Of a stretch of DNA of 64,000 nt, positions 60,986 through 64,000 are shown one piece after another. The DNA is from Solirubrobacterales bacterium (GTDB lineage: Bacteria > Actinomycetota > Thermoleophilia > Solirubrobacterales > 70-9). A program made the translations under genes and the position numbers. The number at the start of each line of letters is the position of its first letter. Positions within the stretch are counted from its first letter, which is position 1. Location: positions 14,983 through 78,982 of the forward strand of contig DATIPH010000031.1 in NCBI GenBank assembly GCA_035472275.1. The letters are read 5' to 3'. The notes below the pieces were generated by a model that was given only the letters and a program-made list of their open reading frames with translations, had not been told where the DNA came from and ran no database searches.

Positions 60986-61213
60986 TCAGGCTTGGGTGAT
61001 CACGGTGGCGATCACGCCGAGGAAGCCGACAACCGCGGTGATCCAGATACCGGCGGCCATCTGCATCAAGGCGCGGTGGTTGGCCGACATTTCGCCACGG
61101 GTCGCCCGGAATTCCTCGCGCATATCCCCGAAACCTCCGTCGACAGACCCCTTGAGGTCGTCGAGTCTTCTGTCGGTCCAGGCCGGTCGCTCTTCTCTCT
61201 CCATCACGGCCAT
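60986..61213 (-). CDS. Small tail-anchored membrane protein
   Basis: C-terminal helix MAAGIWITAVVGFLGVIATVI. Confidence 0.5.
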   Translation of the reverse strand: MAVMEREERPAWTDRRLDDLKGSVDGGFGDMREEFRATRGEMSANHRALMQMAAGIWITAVVGFLGVIATVITQA

Positions 61214-61292
61214 GATGGCACTTTAGCTCGCCTGATGTAACGTCTTGTCGGCGAAATGAAAAGGTTTCGCCAGAGATCCGCGACGGAAGCCG

Positions 61293-61730
61293 CTACTGGT
61301 TCGGGATCGGCGAGCCGGCGGCGAGGAAGAACCAGATCGTCAGCGCCAGTGCAGCCAGCATCACCGAGGCCATCAGGACTGCCTCGACGACGGTGACCGA
61401 GCCGCGCATGGGGGCGGCCTCGCGCATGCTGCGCATCCAGGTCGGCCGCATCGGGCCAAGCTGGTTGGTGCCGGTGATGCGGATGTAGAGGTTGTTGAGG
61501 CGACCGATCAGCCAGGCGATGAAGAGGACCGAAGCGATGATCCCGACCGCGACGACCGCGTACGGCCCGCCGCTCGGGAACTGCGTGTGGGAAACCTTGG
61601 AGGCGATATAGACCCAGCTCAGCGGGATCGCGGTCCTGAGCGAGAAGGCAGCGAGCAGCATCGCGAGAAAGACCACCCCCGCGGCGATCCCTCTCCCATG
61701 ATCGTGAGTATGCGTTGACTCCGTGGTCAT
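61293..61730 (-). CDS. Integral membrane protein (145 aa)
   Basis: Four hydrophobic helices. Confidence 0.55.
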   Translation of the reverse strand: MTTESTHTHDHGRGIAAGVVFLAMLLAAFSLRTAIPLSWVYIASKVSHTQFPSGGPYAVVAVGIIASVLFIAWLIGRLNNLYIRITGTNQLGPMRPTWMRSMREAAPMRGSVTVVEAVLMASVMLAALALTIWFFLAAGSPIPNQ

Positions 61731-61755
61731 CTCCCTACTTCATAGAATGGCACTT

Positions 61756-62505
61756 ATGTCCGGTCATTCGAAGTGGCATTCGATTAAACACAAGAAGGGC
61801 GCCGCCGACGCGAAACGGGGCAAGCTCTTCAGCAAGCTCGCGCGGGCGATCACCGTCGCCGCCCGCGACGGCGGTGGCGACACCGACGGCAACCCGGCGC
61901 TGGCAACGGCCGTGCAGAAGGCGCGCGAAGCCTCGATGCCGAAGGACAAGATCCAGAAGGCGATCGACACCGGCACCGGGGCCGCCGCCGACGGCGCCGC
62001 GATCGAACGGATCGTCTACGAGGGCTACGGCCCGGCTGGCGTTGCCGTGTTGGTCGAAGCCCTGACCGATAACCGCAACCGCGCCAGTGCCGAGATCCGC
62101 TTCGCTTTCACCAGCCACGGCGGCAGCCTTGGCGAGCCCGGCTCGGTTGCCTGGATCTTCGAGAAAAAGGGCGCGATTGCGGTCGATCGCGGTCGTTACG
62201 ACGAGGACGACCTGATGCCGGCGATCGACGCTGGCGCCGAGGATGTGCGCGAGGACGGCGAGCGGCTGACCGTGCTCTGCGAGCCGGCCGACCTGACGGC
62301 GGTGCGGGAAGCGCTCGAGGCGGCTGGGGTCGAGATCGAGTCGGCGACGATCGCGACCGAGCCGAAAAGCTCAGTCGAGCTCAAAGGCCATGACGCCGAG
62401 CGGGTTCTGAAGCTGCTCGACGCCCTCGACGACCAGGACGATGTCGACGAAGTCTTCGCCAACTTCGACATCCCCGAGGACGTGCTCGAGCAGCTGGCCG
62501 CCTAG
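61756..62505 (+). CDS. yebC: YebC/PmpR-family transcriptional regulator
   Basis: MSGHSKWHSIKHKKGAADAKRGKLFSKL is a diagnostic N-terminus. Confidence 0.95.
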   Translation: MSGHSKWHSIKHKKGAADAKRGKLFSKLARAITVAARDGGGDTDGNPALATAVQKAREASMPKDKIQKAIDTGTGAAADGAAIERIVYEGYGPAGVAVLVEALTDNRNRASAEIRFAFTSHGGSLGEPGSVAWIFEKKGAIAVDRGRYDEDDLMPAIDAGAEDVREDGERLTVLCEPADLTAVREALEAAGVEIESATIATEPKSSVELKGHDAERVLKLLDALDDQDDVDEVFANFDIPEDVLEQLAA

Positions 62506-62556
62506 GGACGGCTGCCTCAGGGGAGGCATCCGACCGCGTTTCCAGAATCACTACCC

Positions 62557-63081
62557 ATGCAGGTAGTGATGGGGATCGACCCCGGCGCAGCAAACCTTGG
62601 TTTCGGCATCGTCCGAGTCGAGGGCAACCACATGGTCGCCCTCGACGGCGGTGTGGTCGAAACCACCCCGAATCTGCCGATGGAGCGCCGGCTGGAGCGG
62701 ATCCACCGCGCTCTCACGGAGCTGATCGCCTGGCACGAGCCGAAGTCGATGGCGATCGAGGAGGTCTACTTCGGCAAGAACGTGCGCTCAGCGATGGCCG
62801 TCGGCCAGGCCTGCGGGGTGGCCATGCTGGCCGCCGCCGAGGGCGGTATCGATTGCTTCCAGTACACGCCGCAGGCGATCAAGAAAGCCGTTTGCGGCTC
62901 CGGCTCAGCCGGCAAGGACCAGGTGCAGCGCATGGTCGGCACCCTGCTGCGGCTGCCCGAGCCGCCCAGCCCCGACCATGCCGCCGACGCCCTCGCGGTG
63001 GCGATCTGCCACGGCGGCGGCGACGGACGCCGGCAGGCAGCGGCCAGCGCCGAGCGGGTGGCGGAGCGGGTCGCCGGATGA
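62557..63081 (+). CDS. ruvC: Holliday junction resolvase RuvC
   Basis: GIDPGAANLGFG..., IEEVYFGKN and PDHAADALAVAICH. Confidence 0.9.
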   Translation: MQVVMGIDPGAANLGFGIVRVEGNHMVALDGGVVETTPNLPMERRLERIHRALTELIAWHEPKSMAIEEVYFGKNVRSAMAVGQACGVAMLAAAEGGIDCFQYTPQAIKKAVCGSGSAGKDQVQRMVGTLLRLPEPPSPDHAADALAVAICHGGGDGRRQAAASAERVAERVAG

Positions 63082-63671
63082 TCGCTGCGGTCCGGGGGGA
63101 GGTGATGGTGCGGCGCGCCGACCACGTCGTGGTCGACGCCGGCGGCGTCGGCTACCGGCTGGCGGTCTCCTCGGAGACCCTGAAGGCGGTGCCGGCGGCC
63201 GGGCAGGACGCGTTCCTGCACGCCGAGCTGATCTCCCGCGACGATTCCCTGGCCCTCTACGGCTTCTCTTCCGAGGAGGAGCGAGACCTCTTCCGGCTGC
63301 TGATCTCGGTCAGCGGCATCGGTCCCAAAGTCGCGATCGCGACCCTCTCCGGGGGCAGCGCGCGCGTTCTGCTGCGCGCGATCGCCGCCGGCGACGCCAA
63401 ACGCTTCCAGGCGGTGCCCGGGATCGGCAAGCGGACCTCGGAGCGGATCATCGTCGAGCTGCGGGAGAAAGTGGCGGGTGCGTTGGAGGAAGAGGTCGCG
63501 ATCGCGGCGGCGGAGACCGGTGACGCCCGTGCCCTCGCCCGCGACGGACTCGTCAACCTCGGCTACGCGCCGCTTGAGGCCGAGCAGCTACTCGACGGCA
63601 TCGAGGGCGAGGACCCGCAGCAGCTGCTCGCGGTCGCCCTGCGCAAGGCCGGGACCAGCAAGGCGGCATGA
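63078..63671 (+). CDS. ruvA: Holliday junction branch migration protein RuvA
   Basis: MIAAVRGEV...[22 protein letters not shown] and [12 protein letters not shown] helix-hairpin-helix motifs. The ATG overlaps the ruvC stop. Confidence 0.9.
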   Translation: MIAAVRGEVMVRRADHVVVDAGGVGYRLAVSSETLKAVPAAGQDAFLHAELISRDDSLALYGFSSEEERDLFRLLISVSGIGPKVAIATLSGGSARVLLRAIAAGDAKRFQAVPGIGKRTSERIIVELREKVAGALEEEVAIAAAETGDARALARDGLVNLGYAPLEAEQLLDGIEGEDPQQLLAVALRKAGTSKAA

Positions 63672-64000
63672 GCGACTCGCCCGACATCGGCGCCAACCGG
63701 ATCCGCACGCCCGGGATCGGCGAGGAGCCGGTCCCCATCGACGCCGAGGTCAGGGTGCATGACGCCCGCGCGGACGTGCCGGACGAGGACCTTGACCAGT
63801 CCCTGCGGCCGCCGACCCTCGCTGACTTCGTCAACCAGCAGCAGGTGACCGACCAGCTGGCGATCTTCATCGAGGCGGCGCGCGGCCGCGGCGAGCCGCT
63901 CGACCACGTCCTGCTCGCCGGACCACCCGGTCTTGGCAAGACCTCGCTCGCCCACATCGTCGCCGCCGAGCTCGGGGTGCCGATGGTCCAGACCGCCGGC
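63668..64000 (+). CDS. ruvB: Holliday junction helicase RuvB, N-terminal fragment (runs off the window)
   Basis: [15 protein letters not shown]...[18 protein letters not shown] (Walker A). The ATG overlaps the ruvA stop. Confidence 0.9.
   Translation, partial: MSDSPDIGANRIRTPGIGEEPVPIDAEVRVHDARADVPDEDLDQSLRPPTLADFVNQQQVTDQLAIFIEAARGRGEPLDHVLLAGPPGLGKTSLAHIVAAELGVPMVQTAG

Overview
High-GC (Actinomycetota-like) chromosomal window. Most of it is ordinary core: mutM-recO-dgt-dnaG at the left end, then transport and metabolism genes, pdxST, and yebC-ruvCAB at the right end. The main exception is an ~18.6-kb genomic island (about 4065-22647). It starts right after an intact tRNA-Asn and ends where a large serine recombinase ORF runs into the 3' part of a class-II (Ser-like) tRNA on the opposite strand. 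The right third of the island is a mobility backbone: small membrane proteins, a phage-type Dam methylase, a TraD/VirD4-like ATPase, a replication-relaxation protein and the serine recombinase. The left two thirds is cargo that looks like a defence or conflict island. It holds a translationally coupled D12 adenine methylase + ParB-fold protein pair, a wHTH / NDT-TIR-like Rossmannoid / XRE / tail-anchored gene string, two paralogous secreted Cys proteins, and an A/T-rich cassette encoding a 614-aa membrane protein of unknown family. A second small islet follows tRNA-Met (26272-29100) with a minimal nucleotidyltransferase pair, a SET-domain protein and a vWA protein. Non-genic signals include a 46-bp palindromic element present twice (once in frame inside a Ser/Thr kinase gene), two very long perfect hairpins after the aldehyde dehydrogenase gene, and a tandem CTGGCGCAC-type motif at two island promoters. 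Two genes (pdxT and an ArsR regulator) lack ATG/GTG/TTG starts. No CRISPR array, rRNA or reverse transcriptase was seen. All functional calls rest on motif recognition by eye, not on database searches.
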